A stretch of DNA of 64,000 bases from Patescibacteria group bacterium (GTDB lineage: Bacteria > Patescibacteriota > Minisyncoccia > UBA6257 > 2-01-FULL-56-20), in contig JAGXBC010000003.1 of the NCBI GenBank assembly GCA_018971305.1, positions 92,325-156,324 on the forward strand, given 5' to 3'. Positions within the stretch are counted from its first letter, which is position 1. The number at the start of each line of letters is the position of its first letter. A program made the translations under genes and the position numbers. Of the stretch, positions 1-9,025 are shown piece by piece. Under the pieces are notes generated by a model. That model was given only the letters and a program-made list of their open reading frames with translations. It did no database searches and was not told the origin of the DNA.

Positions 1-48
1 TTGAAAAATCTCCTATATTTTGTAGAATGTGAATGAACCTGTTTTTAT

Positions 49-104
49 GCCCCCGTAGCTCATCCGCCAGCTGGCGGAGGTAGACCTGCCTGCCGGTAGG
101 CAGG
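49..104 (+). pseudogene. tRNA-Lys 5'-fragment-like element: 14 nt matching the tRNA-Lys acceptor/D-stem, then a 16-bp palindrome, then ggtaga and a GC hairpin; no T-arm
   Basis: gcccccgtagctca(49-62) matches tRNA-Lys 188-201 with one mismatch. The palindrome 63-78 sits where tRNA-Lys has gtc. ggtaga(79-84) matches 205-210. A 6-bp stem with an 8-nt loop at 85-104 is not a canonical anticodon arm. Confidence 0.4.
63..78. repeat. 16-bp perfect palindrome TCCGCCAGCTGGCGGA (copy 1)
   Basis: The sequence is self-complementary and contains CAGCTG. An identical copy lies at 325-340. Confidence 0.9.
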
Positions 105-187
105 GCAACCCCCTTTTATGAATGACTTCATAAATCTGGTTCGCTCATTGAAAATGAAAATTGATTTAAGAAAGTTGTGTCCAGCGT

Positions 188-260
188 GCCCCTGTAGCTC
201 AGTCGGTAGAGCAGCTCCCTTTTAAGGAGATGGTCGCAGGTTCGATTCCTGCCGGGGGCA
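188..260 (+). tRNA. tRNA-Lys (anticodon TTT)
   Basis: Cloverleaf: acceptor GCCCCTG/CGGGGGC, D-arm GCTC-AGTCGGTA-GAGC, anticodon loop CTTTTAA, variable TGGTC, T-arm GCAGG-TTCGATT-CCTGC, discriminator A. CCA is not encoded. Confidence 0.9.
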
Positions 261-297
261 CGCTGTACGGAACAAATCAGTTTTCATTTTCACTTCG

Positions 298-360
298 CTG
301 CCAGTTTTAAGGAGATGGTCGCAGTCCGCCAGCTGGCGGACGATTCCTGCCGGGGGCACA
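298..360 (+). pseudogene. partial duplicate of the tRNA-Lys 3' half (anticodon loop to 3' end) with the 16-bp palindrome replacing gtt in the T-stem/loop
   Basis: ttttaaggagatggtcgcag and cgattcctgccgggggcac are identical to tRNA-Lys 220-239 and 243-261. The palindrome 325-340 is inserted between them, so the T-arm cannot form. Confidence 0.55.
325..340. repeat. 16-bp perfect palindrome TCCGCCAGCTGGCGGA (copy 2)
   Basis: Identical to 63-78. Confidence 0.9.
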
Positions 361-397
361 AGTGTGCAGTAAGTGTTTTTTGTAATATAATAACGCG

Positions 398-988
398 ATG
401 AAATTTATTATCGGCATTGATGAGGTGGGCCGTGGTTCTCTTGCGGGGCCCGTGACCGTGGCAGTGGCTTGCATGCCTTGGAATTTGAAAATTATTAACC
501 GTTCTTTGGGGAAATTAAGAGATTCTAAAAAACTTACCGCGAAACAGCGAGAACGCTGGTTTAACTTCTTTAAGAATCATAACGGGATTAATTGTGCTCT
601 GGCCCGCGTCTTCCCTCGGCAGATAGAAAAGATAAATATTTCGCAGGCGGCCAATCTTGCAGCCTTAAGGGCTTATAAGAAATTGAATTTCAAATTAAAA
701 ATTTCTAATGCCAAGATCTTTTTGGACGGGGGGTTGTTTTTGGGAAGGGGCGAACAGCCGAAAAACGCCAAAACCGTCATAAGGGGCGACGAAAAGATAA
801 GAGCCGTATCTATTGCTTCAATAATAGCTAAAGTATCCCGCGACAGGGCCATGGTGCGGTTAGCGAGAGTTTATCCGCAATATGGATTTGATGTTAATAA
901 GGGATATGGAACCAGAAAACATCTGAAAGCGATAAAGAAGCACGGTCCGAGCAAGGTTCATAGATTGACTTTTCTTAGGTTTTCTTAA
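398..988 (+). CDS. rnhB: ribonuclease HII
   Basis: N-terminal IIGIDEVGRGSLAGPV motif and the overall RNase HII pattern. Confidence 0.9.
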   Translation: MKFIIGIDEVGRGSLAGPVTVAVACMPWNLKIINRSLGKLRDSKKLTAKQRERWFNFFKNHNGINCALARVFPRQIEKINISQAANLAALRAYKKLNFKLKISNAKIFLDGGLFLGRGEQPKNAKTVIRGDEKIRAVSIASIIAKVSRDRAMVRLARVYPQYGFDVNKGYGTRKHLKAIKKHGPSKVHRLTFLRFS

Positions 989-1176
989 AAATTTTTTGCC
1001 AGGGGTGCTAAGAATTTTTTTAGAAAACGTTAGACCCCGCCATCGGCGGGGTACTGGCTTGCTCCATGGGATTTATTATGCTACTATAAAATGGTCGTAA
1101 CAAACAATAATATAATCCCGCCAAGGCGGGATGCTCAATTTCGCAGCCAATCACTGCGTTCTTGGGCAAAATTGGC

Positions 1177-1329
1177 ATGGGTGGCGTACCAGTAAAACAT
1201 CATTCAAAAGGAAAAGTTGGCCGCAGGCGTTCTCATTTGGCGTTAAAGAAACAGCGTCTTTTTGTTTGCAAGAACTGCGGTGCTCCGAAACCGTCTCACA
1301 GGGCTTGCAAGCATTGTGGCAAGACTTAA
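1177..1329 (+). CDS. rpmF: 50S ribosomal protein bL32 (50 aa); absent from the ORF track because it is under 60 aa
   Basis: Manual translation gives MGGVPVKHHSKGKVGRRRSHLALKKQRLFVCKNCGAPKPSHRACKHCGKT. It has the RRSHxAL motif and a CxxC...CxxC zinc ribbon typical of bL32. The listed ORFs 1131-1334(+) and 1151-1378(-) are in other frames. Confidence 0.8.
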   Translation: MGGVPVKHHSKGKVGRRRSHLALKKQRLFVCKNCGAPKPSHRACKHCGKT

Positions 1330-1368
1330 CGTAAAATGGTTCTACGTTTCCCAGCTCTTTTCTAACCA

Positions 1369-1833
1369 ATGGCAACAAGGCATTTAATCAGAACGGTAAT
1401 CCTTCAGTCCCTCTACGAGTGGGATTTTTATAATCAAAAACACGACCTCGTTGCTATTTTGGACAGGAATCTGGCGGAATTTGCTCCCGGGATAGACGAA
1501 CCGGAATTTGCCTGGAAAATACTTAAGGGAATGATAGATCATATTAAAGATATAGATAATGTTATCGTGAAGGCCGCCCCCGAATGGCCGCTGGATAAGA
1601 TAGCCATCATAGACAGGAATATTTTGCGCATCGGGCTTTACGAGCTTTTATACGCTGACCAGAACGAGGTGCCTAAGAAAGTTGCCATTAACGAGGCCAT
1701 AGAGCTTGCTAAAAATTATGGCGGACCAAATTCCGCACGTTTTATAAATGGAGTTTTGGGGACTATATATAAAGAGCTTGATGATAGCCATATGCAGGAA
1801 CAAAGCATAAAAAAGGAATCAGCGGAAAAGTGA
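1369..1833 (+). CDS. nusB: transcription antitermination factor NusB
   Basis: NusB-like helical protein with the RIGLYELLY segment and N-terminal arginine-rich region. Confidence 0.8.
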   Translation: MATRHLIRTVILQSLYEWDFYNQKHDLVAILDRNLAEFAPGIDEPEFAWKILKGMIDHIKDIDNVIVKAAPEWPLDKIAIIDRNILRIGLYELLYADQNEVPKKVAINEAIELAKNYGGPNSARFINGVLGTIYKELDDSHMQEQSIKKESAEK

Positions 1834-1849
1834 TAGGAATAACAAGAAA

Positions 1850-2542
1850 ATGTTAAAGATGAACCCTGGTGATCTAGAGAAAAACATCGGCGTAAGTTTC
1901 AACAACAAAGACCTGCTTACGGAATCTCTTACGCACCGCTCTTATTTGAATGAATATCCCAAGTGGCCTTTACCGCACAACGAACGTTTAGAGTTTTTGG
2001 GCGACGCGGTTTTGGAGTTGGTGGTTTCCGACGAGCTTTTCAAAAAATTTTCCAATTATCCCGAAGGGCAGCTTACCGTTCTCCGGGCCGCGCTCGTTAA
2101 TTATCAAATACTCGCCAAAGTTGCCGAGGGTATCGGGCTGGAAAAATTCATACTTCTTTCTCGCGGGGAGAAAAAAGACACAGGCAAAGCCCGCGAAGTT
2201 ATCTTGGCGAACGCGATAGAGGCGGTTATCGGCGCGATTTATCTTGACCGGGGTATAGACATTGTGAGCTCTTTTATTAAAAAATTCGTGATGACTAACT
2301 TGGAAATGGTTCTGAAAACCAAAAGTTATAAGGATTCCAAGAGCGAATTGCAGGAAATTGTACAGGAGAAGCTTAAGCTTACTCCGACTTACAGCGTTTT
2401 AGAGGAATCCGGTCCTGCGCACAAGCGAATATTCAAGATGGGGGCTTACTTCGGTGAAAAATTAGTTGCCGACGGTTCAGGCGCTTCTAAACAGGAAGCG
2501 GAACTGGAGGCGGCTAAAGCTGCGTTGAAGAAATATAAATAG
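1850..2542 (+). CDS. rnc: ribonuclease III
   Basis: ERLEFLGDAVLELVVSDELF signature and a C-terminal dsRBD (GSGASKQEAELEAAKAAL). Confidence 0.9.
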   Translation: MLKMNPGDLEKNIGVSFNNKDLLTESLTHRSYLNEYPKWPLPHNERLEFLGDAVLELVVSDELFKKFSNYPEGQLTVLRAALVNYQILAKVAEGIGLEKFILLSRGEKKDTGKAREVILANAIEAVIGAIYLDRGIDIVSSFIKKFVMTNLEMVLKTKSYKDSKSELQEIVQEKLKLTPTYSVLEESGPAHKRIFKMGAYFGEKLVADGSGASKQEAELEAAKAALKKYK

Positions 2543-2554
2543 AACATAAAATTA

Positions 2555-3238
2555 ATGGATTTCTTTCTCGGTTTGTTCAGGGGTCGACTAAATCAAGGAT
2601 ATTTTTTCCTTGCATGGTTAATGCTTATACCTTTAGCGTTGCTGCTGTTAATTTTTCAGATTATCTTCGTAAATTTGAATCCCGCGCCTAGTTTTTTTGT
2701 TATATTGATATTTTTGGTCTCACTAGAAATTAGAAGACTTCATGATATAGGAAAAAGTAGCGTTTGGCTTTGTATGGCTTTATTGTTGGGACCAGCATCT
2801 TTCCTTTTAGCATTGATCCCAGGACAGAGGGGAGATAATAAATATGGACCAGAGCCCCCGGCGAAGATCGGATTAATAAACGCCACATTAAATCTGGATA
2901 AATCAAACCACATTGCCACACCCGGCGGAAAAGTACCCACTATAAAAAGTGGCAGGAAAATGGTTGCCTGGGTTTTGGTTTGTGGAATTTTAATTACTTT
3001 ATCTGTTTTAACAGTCCATTATTTTATCAAGAAGCAGGATGCACTGAATGAATGGAGGTCTCAATACCGCTATATAATTTGTAAGGACGGTAACTGTATT
3101 TATGCAAATAAATATGCAATTGGACAGTACGGATGCGTATTTGCTGAAGAAGTAATGGGTGGAGGAATAATCAATAAATTATGCGGTGAATATAAAATAA
3201 ATAATAATCCGCTTTACTATAATGGAAGTGCAGATTAA
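2555..3238 (+). CDS. DUF805-family inner membrane protein with a C-terminal extension
   Basis: N-terminal TM helices and an RRLHDIGKS motif typical of DUF805/YhaH-like proteins. Confidence 0.45.
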   Translation: MDFFLGLFRGRLNQGYFFLAWLMLIPLALLLLIFQIIFVNLNPAPSFFVILIFLVSLEIRRLHDIGKSSVWLCMALLLGPASFLLALIPGQRGDNKYGPEPPAKIGLINATLNLDKSNHIATPGGKVPTIKSGRKMVAWVLVCGILITLSVLTVHYFIKKQDALNEWRSQYRYIICKDGNCIYANKYAIGQYGCVFAEEVMGGGIINKLCGEYKINNNPLYYNGSAD

Positions 3239-3244
3239 AAAGCC

Positions 3245-5437
3245 ATGCCCCATTTTCTAAAAAAACTTGAGTTAAACGGTTTTAAATCATTTGCCGGGAA
3301 AACCACACTGGAATTCCCCGCGGGAATCACTGCGATCGTTGGTCCGAACGGCAGCGGCAAGTCCAACGTCGTGGATTCTATCCGTTGGCTTTTGGGCGAG
3401 CGAGATGCCAAAAATCTTCGCGGAGCGAAAGTTGAGGACTTGATTTTCGCCGGTACGGCAAAGAAAGCTAGGATGGGGCAGGCGCAGGCCAGCTTGCACT
3501 TTGAGAACGCCAATAATTTTTTCCCGGTGGACTTTTCCGAGGTTTCCGTGATGCGCGAGATACGCCGCGACGGCACAAGCCGTTATTTTTTGAATAAGGC
3601 GGAAATTCTACTCCGCGACCTCGTTGATTTTTTTGCCAAAGCGCGTCTTGGTTCGCGCGGACTTATTGTCATTACGCAAGGCAATAGCGACGTTTTTATT
3701 CAGGCCTCGCCCATGGCGCGAAGGGAAATGGTGGAAGAAATTCTCGGGCTTAGAGAATATCAGCTCAAAAAAAGCGACGCCGAGAGGCGGCTTAAGAACA
3801 GCCAGATAAATTTGGACAAAGCTCGGGCGCTTACTGAGGAAATATTGCCACACCTGCGTTCCTTAAAGCGGCAAACTTCCCGTTGGGAAAAACGCGGCTC
3901 GTTGGAAGAAGAGCTGAAAGGCCTGGAGAATATATTTTTCGGAACTCAATTCAAAGATATAAAGGAAAAACTCGGAGAGATCCAAAAAAGAATGAATGCG
4001 GAACGCGGTGAATTTGCCGTTCTGGAAAAAGAAAAAAAGTCTGCGGAAGTAAGGCAGGCGGAGGTGGAATCCAGCCAGCCGGAAGAAAGAAAAGATTTGG
4101 AAAAAATAAAAGCCCAAACCCAGCAATTATTGGAGAAAAAAAGCGTTTTACAAAAAGAGCTGGGTCGCATTGAGGGGCAAATGGAAATGGTGGAGAAGGC
4201 CGCAGTTTCCTCTCCCCAGGCTCATTCCACGGCAAAATTATTGGCCGTGCTTAAAAATATAAAAACGATTTTGGAAACGGGACTCAGGGGCGATATGGTG
4301 GAAATGCAAGAAGCGATAAGGAGTGCCACCGAAGAAATAGAAGATATTTTGTCCGATAGGGGCAAGGATTTACCTGGTAAGACGGCTCCCGATGCCGGCT
4401 TGAAGCCCCAGTTTGAAAAAATCAACCGCGACTTAAAATCTTTGGAGGTGGATATTTTGGACCTCAAGGCCAAAGAACAATTATTAGAGAAGAATCAGGA
4501 ACAATTTTATCATTCCTTTAAGGCGGCCGTGGCTGGAGTTGAAGCAGCTAAAGACAAGATAGAAAAATGGGAGGCGAAGAACAGAGAAATATTATTTGAA
4601 AAGGAACGTCTCACAATGCGCCTGGAAGAAACTGCGCGCCAAGCGGTACAAGCGGGAAGAAAACCGGAAGAATTTAATGGTATTGATGTGTCTGGCGCAA
4701 ATGCCAATGAGGACGCGTCTCAAATGGAAAGAAAGATTTTTAAACTCAGGGGTGATCTGGCGAGCATCGGCGAAATAGACGAGGCCTTAATGAAAGAGGC
4801 GCGCGATACGGAGACAAGATACGAATTTCTTAAGAAAGAATCGGAAGATTTAGATAAGGCAGTTAGAGATCTGCGTGTTCTTATAAAAGACCTGAACGAA
4901 AAGATCTCCATAGAATTTGAAACGGCGCTTGTAAAAATTAACGAAGAATTCGGAAAATTTTTTGAGACGATGTTCAGCGGCGGACACGCAAGATTAAAAA
5001 TAGTTAAAAAAGAAGCGCGGAGTATCGTAGAGGACGATCTCGGAGATTCTAACGAGGGATTGCCGGATGTGGTAAAAATTGACGAAGAAGCTGCTGAAGA
5101 TGACGGTGGCATTGAAATAGAGCTGCACCTGCCGCGTAAAAAGATAAATTCCTTAGAAATGCTTTCCGGAGGTGAAAGGAGTTTAGTGGGCATCGCGGCA
5201 CTTTTTGCTCTTATTTCTGTAAGCCCGCCACCATTTTTGGTTTTAGATGAGATTGATGCGGCTCTTGATGAACGCAATGCCCGGCGGTTCGCGGAGATGC
5301 TTAAGACCTTTGCCAAAAAAACCCAATTCGTGGTTGTTACCCATAATCGCGCCACCATGGAAGCCGCCGACGTTCTTTATGGCGTGACTCTGAACGAAGA
5401 CGGCACTTCAAAGATACTATCGCTTAAGCTCGGATAG
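3245..5437 (+). CDS. smc: SMC-family chromosome segregation ATPase (short form, 730 aa)
   Basis: N-terminal Walker A GPNGSGKSN, long coiled coil, and C-terminal signature LSGGERSLVGIA followed by Walker B LVLDEIDAALD. Confidence 0.75.
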   Translation: MPHFLKKLELNGFKSFAGKTTLEFPAGITAIVGPNGSGKSNVVDSIRWLLGERDAKNLRGAKVEDLIFAGTAKKARMGQAQASLHFENANNFFPVDFSEVSVMREIRRDGTSRYFLNKAEILLRDLVDFFAKARLGSRGLIVITQGNSDVFIQASPMARREMVEEILGLREYQLKKSDAERRLKNSQINLDKARALTEEILPHLRSLKRQTSRWEKRGSLEEELKGLENIFFGTQFKDIKEKLGEIQKRMNAERGEFAVLEKEKKSAEVRQAEVESSQPEERKDLEKIKAQTQQLLEKKSVLQKELGRIEGQMEMVEKAAVSSPQAHSTAKLLAVLKNIKTILETGLRGDMVEMQEAIRSATEEIEDILSDRGKDLPGKTAPDAGLKPQFEKINRDLKSLEVDILDLKAKEQLLEKNQEQFYHSFKAAVAGVEAAKDKIEKWEAKNREILFEKERLTMRLEETARQAVQAGRKPEEFNGIDVSGANANEDASQMERKIFKLRGDLASIGEIDEALMKEARDTETRYEFLKKESEDLDKAVRDLRVLIKDLNEKISIEFETALVKINEEFGKFFETMFSGGHARLKIVKKEARSIVEDDLGDSNEGLPDVVKIDEEAAEDDGGIEIELHLPRKKINSLEMLSGGERSLVGIAALFALISVSPPPFLVLDEIDAALDERNARRFAEMLKTFAKKTQFVVVTHNRATMEAADVLYGVTLNEDGTSKILSLKLG

Positions 5438-5505
5438 CGGCTTGGCTTGCCCTGCGGCGGTTGGTTTATTAGAATTAACACAGAAATTTCATAAGGGGTG
5501 ATGCC

Positions 5506-6204
5506 GTGAAAAGCAGATACCGCTGTCTCGTTTTGACCCTCTCCATTATTGTTGCATTTGGTACATGTTCTCTGGCCTTGGGAGCCAAGAAAAAAAGACA
5601 GGTTCGCATAAGAAGAGAAACGTTGCCGCAGGAAATTTTTAGAAATTATCCGGACCTGCGCGGTTCGGAAGATTCGTTGGAATTGGAGAATGCCGTAGCC
5701 GATGAGAATTTTCTGCTTAGAATTCCCAACCGTCACTGGCTTGAACGTGTTATAGGGGATAATTATTTAATCCCGGTTTCCAAAGGAAATAGAAATTTCT
5801 ATTTGGACCAAGAATCATTTATGGACCGCGGTTATGGCGATAGGAAATATTTGGCGCCATTGGCACTGGCTTACTTGGAACAATTTTCGGAAACATATAA
5901 TAGGAAGTTTTATCCAAACTCTTCTTTTCCGCATTTGAAGATAACCTCTCTCGTAAGAACTCAAGATTATCAGAATTATTTGGTCCATAAAAAGCATAAT
6001 CGGAGTGCAGCATCGGGAGACGTACCGGAACACCGTTCCGTCCATCTTACGGGATATGCTTTTGATGTTTCCGTAAAAAAAATGACAAGGAGCCAGGCTC
6101 TCTGGTCGGCGGATTATTTTGGTAAAGATATTCTGAGCGGATTGATTTTGGGCGTATACGAAGCACGGGGAGGGGATTTTCATATAATGGTCGTACCCCA
6201 ATGA
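5506..6204 (+). CDS. secreted peptidase M15 (VanY/LAS-type D,D-carboxypeptidase-like)
   Basis: Signal peptide, an exact SxHxxGxAxD match (SVHLTGYAFD), and a downstream His (GGDFHIM). Confidence 0.55.
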   Translation: MKSRYRCLVLTLSIIVAFGTCSLALGAKKKRQVRIRRETLPQEIFRNYPDLRGSEDSLELENAVADENFLLRIPNRHWLERVIGDNYLIPVSKGNRNFYLDQESFMDRGYGDRKYLAPLALAYLEQFSETYNRKFYPNSSFPHLKITSLVRTQDYQNYLVHKKHNRSAASGDVPEHRSVHLTGYAFDVSVKKMTRSQALWSADYFGKDILSGLILGVYEARGGDFHIMVVPQ

Positions 6205-6293
6205 TACGAGCAGTCGCCAAGCGGCTGCTTTTTTATAAGTCTTGCCCAGGGTATAATTATCATATTAAGGACTTACATTTTTGATTTAATTAT

Positions 6294-7106
6294 ATGCCCA
6301 ATAAACAGCGTAAAAACCCGAAAAAGTTCGATATAGAAACCCGGTACCTTGGTGAGCGAACAGACCTTAAAAAGCTGCAGGAAGGGATTAAGAAGTATAA
6401 GTTTCTGAATCGAGACCACCCTCTTGTTGTTCAGCTCTTGGAAGAACAATATGCGGTCCTCACAAAATTCGGAACGATAACCTTTTGGAACGTTGACAAG
6501 GTTTTGGCTAGGCAGTTTATAAAAGAAATTTCCCCATTCGTTAGGGCTATGAAGGCAACTTACGATTATTCCGATACCATAAAGGTGCATGTTGGCGCAG
6601 AATCAGAAAGGGTAAGCTTTGAAGAAGTTGACATCACGGAGTTGGATGTGGAAAAAATAAAAATTATCTCGTATGTTTCCGCTCAGTCGGTGGCCCTGGA
6701 TCGCTACGAGGAAGAAATTAATGTGCGGCTTGATGAGCTGGGCAGGGTTGTTGATAATCTTAAATCTTCCGGTAGAACACGTTTTAATCAGGCAAATTTA
6801 TTGAAACAGGTCGGTAACATCCTTTCCGTAAAACAGAGCACCGTAAGCAGTTTGTCGCTTTTTGATAAGCCCGATGAAACTTGGGAGCGTGAAGAAATAG
6901 AAAAAATATATGAGAAGCTGAGGACCGAATACGAGCTTATAGACAGATTTGATGTTCTGAACGAAAAAATTGATTTTCTCTCGGAAAACAATACGACTCT
7001 TTTGAATTTTATCACGGCGCAGAAAGCGAACCTTCTTGAATGGATTGTTATTATCCTGATTGTTGTTGAAATATTTATCTTTATCTGGGATATCTTAAGG
7101 AAATAG
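6294..7106 (+). CDS. hypothetical protein with a C-terminal TM helix (possibly DUF155/RMD1-like)
   Basis: Soluble domain followed by the hydrophobic tail LLEWIVIILIVVEIFIFIW. Similarity call is weak. Confidence 0.3.
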   Translation: MPNKQRKNPKKFDIETRYLGERTDLKKLQEGIKKYKFLNRDHPLVVQLLEEQYAVLTKFGTITFWNVDKVLARQFIKEISPFVRAMKATYDYSDTIKVHVGAESERVSFEEVDITELDVEKIKIISYVSAQSVALDRYEEEINVRLDELGRVVDNLKSSGRTRFNQANLLKQVGNILSVKQSTVSSLSLFDKPDETWEREEIEKIYEKLRTEYELIDRFDVLNEKIDFLSENNTTLLNFITAQKANLLEWIVIILIVVEIFIFIWDILRK

Positions 7107-7175
7107 ATATTTGCGATTTATTCTAGAACCGCTTATAATTTTTTTACGAAACCGTCCATTTTGAAAAAAATTAAA

Positions 7176-7246
7176 GGGCCCATAGTAAAACGGCATTACG
7201 CGGCATTCGCATTGCCGAGGTCCGGGTTCAATTCCCGGTGGGTCCA
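7176..7246 (+). tRNA. tRNA-Ala (anticodon CGC)
   Basis: Acceptor GGGCCCA/TGGGTCC with a G3:U70 pair, D-arm GTAA-AACGGCA-TTAC, anticodon stem CGGCA/TGCCG with loop TTCGCAT, and T-arm CCGGG-TTCAATT-CCCGG. Confidence 0.8.
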
Positions 7247-7251
7247 CAAAT

Positions 7252-7566
7252 ATGAAAAATCATAACTATTTTCTAAAAAGCCTAATAAACGCCGTGTGTG
7301 TTTTTGTTTACGTTGCGGGCGTTGCCTGGATTGGTTTTAACAGCCAAAATATTTTCGGCCCACAGCGTAGCAGTTTTCTTGACCCGTTATTCGTAATATT
7401 GCTATTCGTTATCTCGGCGGCAATTACCGGACTTCTCGTGTTAGGGAAGCCGATACTTCTATATTTGGACAATCATAAGAAGGAAGCGTTTACGATGCTA
7501 TTCGCCACATTGGCCTGGCTTGTTATTTTCCTCTTTGTTGTGGTTTTAGGGCTGTTTTTCTTCTAG
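7252..7566 (+). CDS. small polytopic membrane protein; the true start may be downstream since it abuts the tRNA
   Basis: Three predicted TM helices and no recognisable motif. Confidence 0.3.
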   Translation: MKNHNYFLKSLINAVCVFVYVAGVAWIGFNSQNIFGPQRSSFLDPLFVILLFVISAAITGLLVLGKPILLYLDNHKKEAFTMLFATLAWLVIFLFVVVLGLFFF

Positions 7567-7703
7567 TTTATCGGGACCATAAAGTTCAGGAAGTCATAAC
7601 GCCCTATTTGTTATAATTAATTAAAGCTCCCAAATAGATAAAAGGGCGCTTTCGCTTACAGAAAAGGTCGAAAATATAGAATAATTACCATATAAAAAAT
7701 CTC

Positions 7704-8387
7704 ATGGTTATTCAAAACTGGACAGATGTCGTTGTGGGTTCTCTTCAGAATCTTTGGCTTGGATTTGCTAATTTTATTCCGAGCCTGATCGGCGCCATCG
7801 TTGTCTTTATCGTCGGTTTAGTGGTTGCTTCCGGTTTGGGGACGCTGGTTGAAAAGATTTTCGACGCCGTTCGTCTGGATTCTTTTCTCGTGAAACTGGG
7901 TTTGGCCCCGTATTTTGAGAGAGCCGGTATGCGTTTGCGCGGTTCGTACTTCTTGGGCCGTTTGGTTTATTGGTTTATCGTCGTAGCATTTTTGCTCGCG
8001 GCCTCGGACATCCTCGGGCTCTACGCCCTTTCGGGATTCTTGAGAGACGTTTTGGCTTATATTCCCAACGTCATAGCCGCGGTATTAATAATGCTCGCGG
8101 CTGTCGTCGTCGGCAGTTTCTTGAAGAAACTGGTGACGGCTTCGGTGATGAGCGCCAAGTTGCACGCAGCTCATTTCTTGGGAACTATCACCTGGTGGGC
8201 AGTTGTGATTTTCGGTTTATTAACAGCGTTGGTCCAGTTGAATATTGCGACAAGCATTATCAACACCATTATTACCGGAGTCATAGCGATGCTTGCTTTG
8301 GCCGGTGGTTTGGCCTTCGGTCTTGGCGGTCGCGAATATGCCGGTTACTTGATCGGCAAATTGCGGAACCACACCGAATCGAAATAG
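7704..8387 (+). CDS. polytopic membrane protein, unknown function
   Basis: About five TM helices, with a terminator hairpin directly downstream. Confidence 0.4.
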   Translation: MVIQNWTDVVVGSLQNLWLGFANFIPSLIGAIVVFIVGLVVASGLGTLVEKIFDAVRLDSFLVKLGLAPYFERAGMRLRGSYFLGRLVYWFIVVAFLLAASDILGLYALSGFLRDVLAYIPNVIAAVLIMLAAVVVGSFLKKLVTASVMSAKLHAAHFLGTITWWAVVIFGLLTALVQLNIATSIINTIITGVIAMLALAGGLAFGLGGREYAGYLIGKLRNHTESK

Positions 8388-8410
8388 TTTATCTAAGTAA
8401 AAACATTTTA

Positions 8411-8436
8411 AAAACCCCGCGTGAGGCGGGGTTTTT
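8411..8436 (+). terminator. rho-independent terminator CCCCGC-gtgag-GCGGGG plus T5
   Basis: GC stem with a T-run downstream of the 7704-8387 CDS. Confidence 0.7.
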
Positions 8437-8503
8437 ATGCTTCTTGAGGCCGGAGCCAATTGATTTGACTAACAAATGATTTTGCCTTAAACTATCTTTT
8501 AAT

Positions 8504-8908
8504 ATGTTAAGCATCAGATTACAGCGCATAGGCAAAAAACATCAGCCGGGATACCGAGTTGTTGTTGCCGAAGACCGTTCCAAACTCGGCGGACCGCCCG
8601 TGGAAGATTTGGGTTCCTATAATCCGCAGAGCAAAACGGCAACGGTCAAAAAAGACCGCTTGGATTATTGGCTGGGAATTGGAGCTAAAGCATCTGTCAC
8701 GACACACAATCTTTTTGTGAAGAACGGTTTGATTTCTGGCCCCAAGGTTGCCGTTAAAATGAACAAGCCAAAACAGACAGAAGCGGAAGCTGCTGCCGCA
8801 TCGGCAGCTCCTGTAACCGCAACGCCACAACCGGAGCCGACTGCGGTTGCGGAACCGCAAGCCGAAAAGAAAGCAGAGGAATCTCCGAAATCGGAAGGTC
8901 AGTCCTAA
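8504..8908 (+). CDS. rpsP: 30S ribosomal protein bS16 with an Ala/Pro/Glu-rich C-terminal extension
   Basis: MLSIRLQRIGKKHQPGYRVVVAEDRSKLGGP is the canonical bS16 N-terminus. About 50 aa of low-complexity tail follows. Confidence 0.9.
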   Translation: MLSIRLQRIGKKHQPGYRVVVAEDRSKLGGPPVEDLGSYNPQSKTATVKKDRLDYWLGIGAKASVTTHNLFVKNGLISGPKVAVKMNKPKQTEAEAAAASAAPVTATPQPEPTAVAEPQAEKKAEESPKSEGQS

Positions 8909-8917
8909 GATTTGCCC

Positions 8918-8946
8918 TTGACAAATATTTTTGTTGGGTGTATAAT
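8918..8946 (+). promoter_or_regulatory. consensus sigma70-type promoter TTGACA-17-TATAAT
   Basis: ttgaca(8918-8923), a 17-nt spacer, tataat(8941-8946). It lies about 80 nt upstream of the KH-domain gene. Confidence 0.55.
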
Positions 8947-9025
8947 AGAAAAACAATTCAATTAGGTAAAAAAGTGACGCACAAGTTGCGAAAGGTCGAA
9001 AAGTTATCAAGAAAATCAGAAATTA

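Noticed and set aside
85-104. Hairpin read as an anticodon arm of a tRNA-Arg(CCG)
   Set aside because: The loop is 8 nt rather than 7 and no T-arm or 3' acceptor follows. It was kept only as part of the tRNA-like fragment.
1131-1378. Listed ORFs 1131-1334(+) and 1151-1378(-)
   Set aside because: They are in different frames from the clear 50-aa bL32 gene at 1177-1329 and have no family features. Treated as spurious.
3235-5358. Several minus-strand ORFs (3235-3576, 3863-4235, 4222-4473, 4720-5358) inside the smc gene
   Set aside because: They are antisense to a strongly supported SMC coding region, with low-complexity Ser/Phe-rich translations.
7970-8479. 169-aa +2-frame ORF overlapping the membrane protein 7704-8387
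   Set aside because: It is Arg/Cys-rich nonsense composition. The overlapping membrane ORF has a coherent TM pattern.
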